Source: Paraspadella gotoi (lineage: Eukaryota; Animalia; Chaetognatha). From it: a DNA stretch of 64,000 bases. The notes under the pieces are model-generated. The model did not search any database. It was not told where the DNA came from and worked only from the letters and a program-made list of their open reading frames with translations. Position numbers and translations under genes: made by a program. The stretch lies in NCBI GenBank assembly GCA_051294375.1, contig CM119266.1, forward strand, positions 3,699,530-3,763,529. The letters run 5' to 3'. This document shows positions 24,301-35,818 of this stretch, in pieces; within the stretch, counting starts at the first letter, position 1; each line of letters opens with the position of its first letter.

Positions 24301-26862
24301 TCTCTGTCTTAGTTGCCGAGAACCGGATCTTCCGGCTTCAATTCGGCGATGAGAGGAGGAAGTGCCGGAGAGTGCCGGACGGGAGGAGGAAGGATGCGAC
24401 CCCAAGACACAGAATTTGATAAAGTTAGTTGATTGAGAGAAATAAAGACAAAGAGATAGAGAGAGGGAGACAGAGAGAGAAAGAGTAAGAGCTAAACTTT
24501 TTATTTTAATCTTTTAGTTTATTCATTTTATCTCTCCTTCTCCTCTTTTAATTTCCTTTCCTCTTCCACTTCCTCCCTCCTCTCCATTCTCTTCTTCCTC
24601 CCTCTCCTTTTTCCTCCTTCCCCTCCTTATCCTTTTTACTCCCTTCCCTTCCTCTCCTTTTTTCTCCCTCCCTCCCTCTCCTTTTTCCTCCCTCCCCTTT
24701 TTCCTCCCTCCATCTCCTTTTTCCTCCCTCCCTCCCCTTCCTCCCTCTTCCTCCCTTCCTCCTTCTACGCAGCAATCCTCCTCCACCGACTTCTTCGCTC
24801 GAATTTCCAAGGACCCGAAATCTCGACTCCGAGGAACAAAAACAACATCGCGTCTCGTCACTCAGCAGCAACAGCCTCAGCAATTACCGCAGCAGCCTAA
24901 GCCTGAGCAGCAGCGGCGTCGACGTGGGTCGGCGCGGCGGAGCAGGGATGATGCGGTCGTTGATTTGACTCGAGTTTCGTCGAAGGCAATGATGGAGAGA
25001 AGAAAAGAATTAGAAAGAGAATCTATGGAGAGGACTGAGAAGTTGCTGCAGGTGAATTCGAGTTGCTACAGCAAGAGATCTGGTATCATGCTGAAGCAGC
25101 TTAGGGATACTGTAGCAGGTTTTGATGCTGTTTCAGCATGTGCTTTGGGGAAGATGATGTACCAGTTTCGTGATGTTGTTGTAGCCGCTTCGTGATGACG
25201 CTTTAGCGGCTTATTTCTTCTTCCTTCCAGCGTCGACGGTCTTCAGCCGCGCTGCAGCAGTGGCGCGATGACGAAAAAACCAAAGAGATGAAGTCAAGAT
25301 TCGCAGCGATGCAGCTGCAGCAAACACAGAAACAGGAGCTGCGACGCAGAGTGAAACCTCCTTTTGATGTTGACGTCGATTTAAAAATGGAATCGAATGA
25401 AGAAAGAAGAGAGAAAAATCAAAGAGGGTGAGAAAAGTTTAGGGTTAGGGTTCAGGGTTCAGGGTTCAGGGTTAGGGTTTAAAAATGCAGGATTTCATTC
25501 ATTTTAAAATATTTCGGATGATTGTAAAAAATTTACTTTTTAAATTTCACTTTCTTGTTTAAATTAACAAATAAATACTTAAATATTCTTTAGGTTAGAT
25601 GAACCCTGGAAGAAGAATCGCCGTGAGGACAATGACAAAGATGAGGACTATTCCTCTTCTGCCCAGGAAGATTTTCAAAATCTCCTTGAAGATAGAATTG
25701 AAGAAGACCGAAAACTTCATCTTAGAATTCATGAACATCGAAGAAAATTGGAAGCGAAAAAAAAGGAGTCGGAACAAAGTGAGTAAAAAGATGAAAAGGG
25801 GAATCAATTTAAATGTTTACGTTTATGACAAAAGAAATAAACAAATTTAAGTCAAAAGGATGAGTTTATAATTTCGACGAGTAAGCCAATAAAAAATCAA
25901 TGGTTTTGTTGAAGAAAAATTTTATTTAAATTATTGAAATTAAGTGAAGAAAGCCGTAAGCCTATTTATCTGATTCAGGTCATTTAGCTACCCGAAATTA
26001 GAAGTTAAGGAATGTTTTTTCAATGGAGATTTCCTTTCGAATCTGACTACCGAACTTTATAAACTGCCCTGGAAAAAATTCCGGTAAAAAATAGATTCCG
26101 ATAGAATTGCATCTGAAGAGCTCGCATTTTTTGTCTTGTCAAATAACCAACATTTTGATAGCAAACGGGCCAGAACAAATTGACTGATTCTCTACGAAAA
26201 ATTTTTCCATCTCTGACTCTGATTTTAAATAGAAATGAAAAAGGATTTTTTCCCTTGAAAACAATATAAACGTGATTGAGGTTTGTACCACGTCCACAAA
26301 TGACCTCAAATTCATGAATCTTCAGAAAGGCTTTCAAAATTTCTCTTCACATTCAGATCTGGGTAAAGTGAACTGCTCCATTTTAGCGAAATTTTTATTT
26401 ACACTAAAAGTAAAAGAGAAATTAGCTTGGTCGGAATTCAAAGAGTTTTCATCCGAAAGTCAGATTTTTCAAAAATCTTGAATGGAGAAAACATTCCATG
26501 CAAGTTTTCTTTTAATATTTTCTCCATTCATGATTCGATTTACATGAAACTTAAAATTAAGAATATTACCGTCATTCTACATCGGCCGGTATAAGAATAT
26601 ATCAAAAAAGCCTCTGCCTTTCTAAGGAAAAATTCAGTCCTACCGAAATGTATTAATTAATTTTCTTTTCATTAAATTTTAATCCATTACCATAATTCTT
26701 ATATTTTATTTTTTCATTATAGACAACGATGACTTTGTCTTCCTCGACGCTCAACGTGAATTAGCTGAAGCCCTCGAGCTCCAGCAAAGCGTCAGACTGG
26801 CCAAGGGCATGCAAAGATTGTTGGAGCAGGGCCACTCCAGAGCATTTGCATCGAGAAATTGA
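21343..26862 (+). CDS. LRRC27: Leucine-rich repeat protein, LRRC27-like, ~10 exons, ~764 aa
   Basis: join(21343..21850,22108..22333,22687..22795,23049..23189,23521..23919,24313..24423,24773..25051,25231..25427,25594..25778,26723..26862) = 2295 nt; GT-AG and phase-consistent. The LRR block LYLNSNLIRRL-PDFF/LEYLDLRDNQLESLPSG..KHKSLKALMLQNNKLESLPLELGNVLTLTSLNFTGNPLKFPPQDVI, plus downstream ALQQWR and PPFDVD, resemble LRRC27. The first exon and the low-complexity middle exons are less certain. Confidence 0.75.
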
Positions 26863-28326
26863 TGGTTTTTGCTGGATTGGGGCCACTCCAGAGCTTCTTC
26901 TCTTTGCTGGATTTGTGCCACTCCAGAGCTTCTTCTCTTTGCTGGATTGGGGCCACTCCAGAGCTTCTTCATCGTGAAATTGATGTGGTTTTTTCTGGAG
27001 CAAAATCTGGAAGAACAACGGAGTTTAAAGGAAATTGTCAAATTGTTTTTTCCCTTTAAATTAAATATTCAATAATACTTTTTGATTCATGTTTTTATAA
27101 ATCAGAATTATTATTACCATAAAGTAAGAGACAGTCATCAAAATTTATTCAGACTGAGCATAATTTTGTGTAACCCTCTTCAAATGTCGGTCCGTCGGTC
27201 CACCCCCACAATCTTCTCGGTCATTCTCTTAAATCATGTCAGAATAGCGTCATCCACTTTTGTCGTGTCATGTCATGTCATGTCAGAATAGCGTCATCCA
27301 CTCTTGTCGTGTCATGTCATGTCAGAATAGCGTCATCCACTCTTGTAGTGTAGTTGTTCTGGCTTGATAGCGCGGCCTGTGATATTTTCCGTAGCACTTT
27401 TTTAAACAAAGTATTTATTAAAATATTAACAATATTACTATCCTCAGAAAGCCCTTAAAAATGAAGAGAACGATATATTTACGAAAGCTCTAACATAAAA
27501 ATTAAGCTGCCCAGCCTTGGTTCAATTAAGAGAGTCAAAAGTGAATTATGTAAAATTTTAAATTTAAAAAAAAAATATATGACCTGTTTAAATTATTATA
27601 ACATAAAATATTATTGTTTATATAAGTATCATGAAAGAGCCTAAAAAAATAAGATTTAAGATAGCTAATCACAATTTGATAACAATCTTAAATTTACCCT
27701 CCAGTTATTGATTTTTGGAAAGATGTCTCATTTTTGAGTATCCTAATTAAATTAAAGCTGGGCCGGTTAAATTTTATACTACAGTATTTGTAAGTACGTC
27801 ATTCTATTTATATTTGAAAGGGCTTTCAGAAGATATTAATATTATTTTATTTCAAATTTCTTCAGAAAACTTACTGAAAGAAAGAGAAAATTGAACCTAA
27901 AAAAAGTGAGTTGGAAAATGAAACACGATTTTACAAGCCCACTTTCTCTACTCACTGTCAAGGCATATCTTAACTGATCAATATAAAATTTGAACATATA
28001 AATTACTTTAATATTTTCTACTCAACTAATTTTTAAAATCAATGAAATAACCACAGGTTTGCAAATGACAGCGTTTTTTTTACCGGCGCTTTTAAAATTG
28101 TCACTATGTAGAATATGTGTGTGAATATAATGCTTTGATGGAATTGTGCCAGTCGAAATTAGTTTAAAAAGTCGTATTTACTTAAATTTTTTTATCAAAG
28201 GTTCTCTCTCTCTCTCTCTCTCTCTCCGCCCACGACAATATAGCTTTCATAAAATGATTGATTGGTTGATTGATCAGTTAATGGAACGATTGTTTGATTG
28301 TTTGGTATATTCTTTAAATAATATAT

Positions 28327-28581
28327 TATGGCAACAGCCGGGTTACCTGTGATGCCCATTGGGATGGGGCATCTCACTGTTGGCTTTGGGGGCTTCCGAC
28401 CCTCAGTGACGCCTCCAGTCACTGGCGCGGTTACCCTCGGACGGTCTCGCTTTGCCAACGCAGAGGGAAGTCGTTAGGACTGTGGATGGAACACTACGCC
28501 TGGGATGGTGTGTTTGCCCTCTGAGCCAATGGATTTGGCTGAAGGATGGTGGACGTGAGGCGGTGTGAATATACCGCCACA
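28327..28581 (+). mobile_element. Family A solo-LTR-like element, copy 2
   Basis: TATGGCAAC...CCGCCACA with TSD ATAT on both sides. Confidence 0.9.
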
Positions 28582-28837
28582 ATATTAAAAAATCTCTTCA
28601 CGTGAACATACTGGAGAGTTTTTTCTTTTTTGTTAAGGAGGTCTGTCGCATATCAACGCATCAATGAATGATGATCATTGCATTTATAAATGATTATCAT
28701 CGCATTAATGAATAATTATCATTGCAACAATAATTAATTATTATCGCGTCAATGATTTTCTATCATTATATTTATGATTATGGTTTCCTATGGGGAAAAG
28801 AGAAGATCCGTGAAGTATTTCTCTCTCGCTCTCTCTC

Positions 28838-28933
<96 letters not shown>

Positions 28934-29066
28934 ACTCCGAAATAGATATTTCCCCATATCTTTTTCATTGGCTGTTTGATGCTTTCAGTGTTTTGTAATT
29001 TTAAGATTTGCTGAATAAAATTTGGAGATTTCTGTTTTGTTAAAATTCCTCTCTCTCTCTCTTCCT

Positions 29067-29097
<31 letters not shown>

Positions 29098-29143
29098 ACG
29101 GCTTTTTTTTTTTCCAAACTCGCGATCGCATCATCTGCAGCCG

Positions 29144-29189
<46 letters not shown>

Positions 29190-29246
29190 ACAGCCGATGA
29201 ACGCGCGTTAAAAACCCAGGCGTCGTAGCTCGATCGCCGCCGCCGC

Positions 29247-29291
<45 letters not shown>

Positions 29292-29560
29292 AGATGAACG
29301 TAAACCTGATCTCATTGAACTGACTTCAAATCGATCATTTTTCGTATTTTCCATCAACTTGAATATTTATTACATCGAAAGTCATCACTCTTATTTTCGC
29401 ATTTTTTATTTTACTGGCATTTTTTTAAAATAATAACAGAGACGAATAATTTAGATTTAATCCGACTAAATAATTGAGATGATTATCTTCGAACGTTTAC
29501 TTTTAATTTGAAAATATTTCTTAATTAACATTTTTTTGGACAGAAAATCCATACACTTAA

Positions 29561-29608
<48 letters not shown>

Positions 29609-29636
29609 TAATAATAATAATAATAATAATAATAAT

Positions 29637-29672
<36 letters not shown>

Positions 29673-29959
29673 TTTCTACATCAGTTAAGAAAAAAGAAAA
29701 TAAAACGTTTTTTTCTTTTCTTTCTTTCTTTCTTTTCTTATTTTTTTTTCTTTCTTCCTTTTTTCATTATCTGTCTTTCTTTAAAAAAGCTGAATGTTGA
29801 AAAAATGATGCAAGTTGAAAAAAAAAGATTCAAGTTGAAAAAATTGGTTAAACTGTGATCTTTGCAGGAAAAATGGATGTTTGTTGTTTTGGGAAATACA
29901 ATGTCGAAGTTTATTAATTGGAAACGAACATTTTTTCGGACATGTTGATTGTCGACTTC

Positions 29960-30370
29960 ATACTCGTCGTCGTCATTATCATCATTATCATCGTCACTGT
30001 CATTGTCATTGTTGATTCTTATCATTATCATCGTCACTGTCATTGTCATTGTTGTCATACTTATCATTATCACTGTCATTGTCATTCTTATCATTATCAT
30101 CGTCATTGTCATTGTTGTCATTATCTTCATTATCATCGTCACTGTCATCATTTTATCATTATCATCGTCACTGTCATTGTCATTGTTGTCATTCTTATTA
30201 TTTTCATGATCGTCATCTTCGTCATCATAATCATTATTTTTGTCATTTTGTCATTTTCATCGTTTTGAATGTCGTCCTTATTATTGTCATCGTCACCGCC
30301 ATTGCTGTCATCATCATCATCATCATCATCATTATCATCATCATCGTCGTCGTCTTCATCGTCGTCAACT
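29960..30370. repeat. Degenerate (TCA/TGT)n trinucleotide region
   Basis: ATC/GTC/ATT repeats giving low-complexity ORFs; (TATC)n at ~28840-28932, (GAC)n at 29248-29290 and (AAT)n at 29563-29670 lie nearby. Confidence 0.9.
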
Positions 30371-30598
30371 TCCATCAAAACCAGTCGACGCCTCAATTTA
30401 TCTTTTCATTCAAATTTTAATTTTTCAAACAAACATTTTAGACCTAAATTTAATTTTACAAAAGCTTCAGCACAAATAGTAATTATGGGTTAATTAATAT
30501 CAACCTTTATTAATATTTTATCATATAAACAATCATGAGTGCCTTAGCCATTCTCTATTTAAATTTACATCAAATGATTTAGTTAGACAATAGAAACA

Positions 30599-30629
<31 letters not shown>

Positions 30630-33097
30630 CATCATCAGACAAAAGACTAAATCAGGAAGTGAAATGAAATTTGGACTTAACAGATTTTATTCATTACGAA
30701 CTTATTTCTTTAAATTTCACTTTTTCAATTTGTTTAGCTGCGGGGGAGAAAATATAGAAAGAGGAGACAGAAAGTGGGACAGAAAGTGGGACAGAAAGTG
30801 GGACAAAAAAGAAAGAAAAAAGGCAGCGGAGAAGAATTCTAAATCTTCTTGCCCGCGGAGTTTAACGTTCGCGTCGCCCGTCCAAAGCAGTTTTGACAAG
30901 AGTTCAGGAAACTTATTTTTTAATGTAAAAACGTTTCGGACGGACGGACAATTGTTCTTGATTCGGTTGAGAAAAACGAATGAAAAACTGTGATGATATT
31001 TGCGAAAAAGTAAAAAAAAGAATTGACCTTAAAATGCTTAACTTAAGTCAAATGAAGTTGAGGGAAAGAGATTAGGTCAAACGTTTCATCAGGCAGAGAG
31101 AAAAAGAGAACAGAAAAAAAGGGGAAAATTAGGTGGAATGACAAAATGTCAAAATGACAAAATGACAATTAAGGAACATCTAAAGGAAAAAGAGAAATTC
31201 GAGTGAGAAACTTGACGTCAAAGTTGACATCAAATGTGACATCAAAGGCAATAACGTCAAGACGAAGATCAGAAAATCCTTTCAACCAAATGGATTCATT
31301 CGATTTTGGGGAAAAAAAAGTTGGAAATGAATGTTGAACTTGAAATATGTCAAATATTTTTAGCCGGATCTGCTTACAGCAGATTCACTTTGTCGGTCCG
31401 TCGGTCCCACCCCAAAATCTTGTCGGTAAGTCACTTAGATCATGTCAGAACATCGAATTAGGATAAATTATGCAAACAAAAATGATGTCTGTCCGTCCCT
31501 CTATCTGTCTGTCTGTCCGTCAGTCCATCATCCTTTGGCATTAAACACGAGATTGAATGGATGGATTAAAATGAAATTTTGTGTGTGTGTGGGAAAGTGT
31601 GTTATTGAGCTGCATATAATGTTTCGATGGAATCGTCCGAGTGGAAATGAGTTTAAATTAAAAAAAAAAACAAGTTACATTTCCTTGATATTTTTTCTTT
31701 TAATTGTAAAGTTTCTCTCTCTCTCTCTCTCGGGTAAAATGATTGATTGGCTGATTGATCAGTTGTTTGAATGATTGATTGAAAGATTTTCATCACATCA
31801 GTGATCGATGTATCGCCAGGGCCCTGGGGATAGCGCCATGGCCAAGTCGCCAACCAGCGAAAAACACTTAAGTATTAACTTTTATCAGATAAAACGTTTT
31901 ATTTTTCCCGGCCTTAAACTCTAATATAGTAAAACAAGTAATCTTGCAATTTTTCATAAAAATATTATGAAACATTATACAAAAGTTTTTTGGGGCAAAT
32001 CTAAATCTTTTCTTAAAATTAAAAATTTAAAATTTATATACAGGGTCTTCAATCTAGAGTGATACGAAAAGTCTTGATTAAACTCTTTTATTGTATATTA
32101 TTTTTATAACATCTTTAGTTAAAAAACTATTTGACGTTTATTTTGACTTAAAAAGAAATTACATTTACGTTTTTTTAATGCTGATTGTAAAGTTATTTGA
32201 TATAAAAGATAAATTTTCTGGTGATAAAAAGGTATTATTTAATAACAAAATCGTCTTTCATATTTTTTTTCAAAGTTGAAATTTTTATTTTCAATAAAAT
32301 TTTAAAGGAAAAACATGATGATTATGATTGAATATTATTCTAAATAAAAATAAAATATTTTTTTTCCTGCTTGTAATTCATTAACATTATTTATTATTCA
32401 TCATTCATTCATTCTTATAAATAAAAAAAAAATAAAGCATTAAAAAAAATCTGAAGGGATTTCACACAAAAAATACTTATATCAATATGAAACATGTGGT
32501 TTTAAAAGATCTTGATGATGAGAAGCCATATCTAAATTTGTAGCTTTCTACAAATACTCACTTTTACAATTTCTAATTATAAAAATTGAAGGATGATGCA
32601 TAATATTTTCAATTTTTAAAATTTTTCAACCATTTTTTTTATTTTACTTTATTGATTTTGTATAGCTAATTTTAAAATTCATTTTTAAAAAAACTGTCAT
32701 TAGGAAAAATTTGATTACCCTTTTTTTGTGTAGCCCACAGGTCTGGAAACGTATCCCGGGACATCTCATTCTTGTGCACTCAGTTCCGATTAAATCAATG
32801 TAAAAAGGAACCGTGTAAGTATTAGATTGGGGAATACTATATGGTACATTAACATTGGCATTTCGCCAATTTGTGGGTAATTGACTCTGACAGTATCAAA
32901 ATAGAAGGAGCTGAATTTTATAAAATTGGTACAACCAATATAAAAACTATCCATAGTATCCATTCATTTAATAAATTAGCTATCTTGCCCCTGACTTTGG
33001 ATAGGCTTCATTGGTTTAAGGCGTCCATCACTCTTACATGATAATTATATTAGCGACTTTTTTCTTTGGCTTCAACGTGAAATAGACTAGCTTCAAA

Positions 33098-35350
33098 ATG
33101 CCGATGGCTCATTCTGCCGGGAATTTGGGAGCGAGTCTGCGACGGGAGGAATCTAAGAGGAAACACAAGAGACGCAGGCAAGATAATTAGGGACCATCTT
33201 TAAATTAGGGACGATCTCTAAATTAGGGGCGATCTCTATATTAGGGACGATCTTAAAATGAGAGACGATCTTTAAATTAGGGACGAACTCTAAATTAGGG
33301 ATGATCTTATAATTAGGCACAATATCTAAATCAGAGGCGATCTTTAAATTAGGGACAATCTTTAAATTAGGGACGATCTCTAAATTAGGGGCGATCTTTA
33401 AATTAAGAGCAATCTTTAAATTAAGGGCGTTCTTTAAATTAGGGACGTATGGCAACAGCCGGGTTGCCTGTGATGCCCATTGGGATGGGGCATCTCACTG
33501 TTGGCTTTGGGGGCTTCCGACCCTCAGTGACGCCTCCAGTCACTGGCGCGGTTACCCTAGGACGGTCTCGCTTTGCCAACGCAGAGGGAAGTCGTTAGGA
33601 CTGTGGATGGAACACTACGCCTGGGATGGTGTGTTCCCCCTCTGAGCCAATGGATTTGGCTGACGGATGGTGGACGTGAGGCGGTGTGAATATACCGCCA
33701 CAGACGACCTTTAAATTAAGGCCGATCTTTAAATTAGGGGCGATCTTTAAATTAGGAATCATCCTAAAACTAGGGACAATCTTGATACTTGGGATAACTT
33801 AAACATTAAGGACTATTTCTAAACTAGGCCAAGGGGCGATGTCTCAATTTGAACATTAGAGACAATCTTTAAAATAAGAACGATTTTTAAATTAAAGGTT
33901 TTTTAAATACAGACAAATATATTAGGAACGATTTTTGTATTTGTGCTAATTTTTTGTTTAATTTGGTCTTTAGTTGTGATTCTTGTCCTTTCAATATTTT
34001 CCATTTTGTTTTCCTGTTTTGATTATATAATCTCTTTCTACAGTTTTTTCTTATGTTTCCGTTTTGTTTACAGTTTTGCTTTTATTGTTTTCTTTTAATG
34101 TTTTATTATGTTTAATTAACTTTTACTCCCATTTCAAATGTCACTTTTATTTTTGCCTCCTTATTTCTTGAAGTCCAATACTCGACAAAAAATCCAACAA
34201 AAAAATTCCATGCGCCGGAAATTCTCGGTCAAAAAAGTATTAACAAAATATAATTATTAAAAATAAATTAATAAAAATCGTCGCTTCCACCTCTCTCTTC
34301 TTTTATCTTTATTTTCTATCTTCTCTTTAAGTCACTTTTCGGTCGGTCGGTATGTCTGTCCATAGGTCTGTCACACTTACGTTAAAAATGCATATTATAT
34401 GCCTATAGTAGGTTGCTCATTTGTTAAGACAGAAAAAAAACTCAAACCTAAGGGACTGCTTGCACCGGTTTCAGGAAATCCTAAAACTATAAGGTATGGC
34501 AACAGTCGGGTTGCCTGATGCCCATTGGGATGGGGCATCTCACTGTTGGCTTTGGGGGCTTCCGACCCTCAGTGACGTCTCCAGTCACTGGCGCGGTTAC
34601 ACTAGGACGGTCTCGCTATGCTAACACAGAGGGAAGTCGTTAGGACTGCGCAATTCAGTGTGGATTGAACGCAACGCCAGGATGGTACGTTCCCCCTCTG
34701 AGCCAATGGTATTTGCTGAAAGGATGGTGGACGTGAGGCGGTGTGAATATACCGCCAACAAAGGAAAAAAAAACGAATTTTATGCAGTGAATGTCCTAAA
34801 TACACGGGCTAAGAAAGTTTTTTAGTCATTTCATGTCATGTCATGTCTTATCATGTGATCAAAGGTAAATACAAAGTGGAAAAATAAAGTCACTGCGGCG
34901 CAACACATTGATGAACTGATCTTTTTTTTCTATATTTACTTTTTCTAACCCTTCATTATCTTATCGATTGCTCCTTCTCATTCTATTGCTCCTTCCCTAA
35001 CCCATTCTATTGCTCGTATCTATTCTATTTCTCCTTCCCATTCTATTGCTCCTTCCCATTCTTTTAATTTACTTCTTCTTCTTCCTCCCCCCCCCAGTTC
35101 TGCCCTTGACGACGCCCGGCGCCGATCGGCCGAGAGAACGCCGATTCCTCTTTCCGGCGCGGAGAGTCCAGACGCCCCTGAGTCTCTCGGCGAATCCGGC
35201 TTCACTCCCGGCTTCACCCCTTTGTCAGGAGTAACTCCGATTTCCGGCATTTCGCCAATTTGTGGGTAAGTGACTCTGACTTTATACGTCTCTCTCCTGT
35301 TTATTCACTAATATTGTATCTCTCTCTCTCTCTCTCTCTCCGTCCTCTCA

Positions 35351-35388
<38 letters not shown>

Positions 35389-35464
35389 CAGCTCCACCAC
35401 CCCCTCCTTCCTCTCCTCTCTTCCCCGACACCAGAAATCGACGAGACTGAAGACGACAACGAAT

Positions 35465-35495
<31 letters not shown>

Positions 35496-35514
35496 CGCCG
35501 CCGCTCCGCGCCGC

Positions 35515-35548
<34 letters not shown>

Positions 35549-35818
35549 CGTCCCCCGCCCGTCCTTCCTGCCCCCTCCGCCACCCCTTTGCCCCCATCGC
35601 CGCGACCGACAATCGTGGTAGTGGACATGTCTGCCACTGGAGACTGGAATGGTTGGTCCACTCTGGAGAAGCCGAGAGAGACGGACTACGATCGTCCGCC
35701 TAAAGGATGTCGGACCGCGACGGCAAAAACTCTTGGCTTCTTTCTTTTCTTTGGAATCAACGCATTTCTCATCTCTTATCTTGTGCCGATGGTGTTTAAA
35801 GCCATGCTGGGGATTTGA
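33098..35818 (+). CDS. Unrecognised ~224-aa Pro/Arg-rich protein with a C-terminal hydrophobic segment; first intron GC-AG
   Basis: join(33098..33177,35098..35265,35392..35818) = 675 nt open. Donors AG|GCAAGA (33178) and GG|GTAAGT (35266); pyrimidine-rich acceptors at 35097 and 35391; both introns phase 2. GC-rich exons in AT-rich background; ends ...KTLGFFLFFGINAFLISYLVPMVFKAMLGI*. Confidence 0.6.
33188..33800. repeat. 18-bp minisatellite (TTTAAATTAGGGACGATC-like)
   Basis: Tandem units on both sides of family A copy 3. Confidence 0.9.
33448..33702 (+). mobile_element. Family A solo-LTR-like element, copy 3, inserted in an 18-bp tandem array
   Basis: Same ends; TSD GACG (33444-33447/33703-33706). 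Confidence 0.9.
34495..34760 (+). mobile_element. Family A solo-LTR-like element, copy 4 (variant), nested in a Helentron-like element
   Basis: TSD AAGG (34491-34494/34761-34764); internal variant segment shared with the fragment at ~47-120. Confidence 0.88.

Noticed and set aside
29738-30493. His/Cys-, Ser- or Ile-rich ORFs
   Set aside because: Trinucleotide low-complexity sequence open in many frames, with no splice support.
33188-33800. Regularly spaced repeats resembling a CRISPR array
   Set aside because: Head-to-tail 18-bp minisatellite with no unique spacers, no cas genes and a eukaryotic context.
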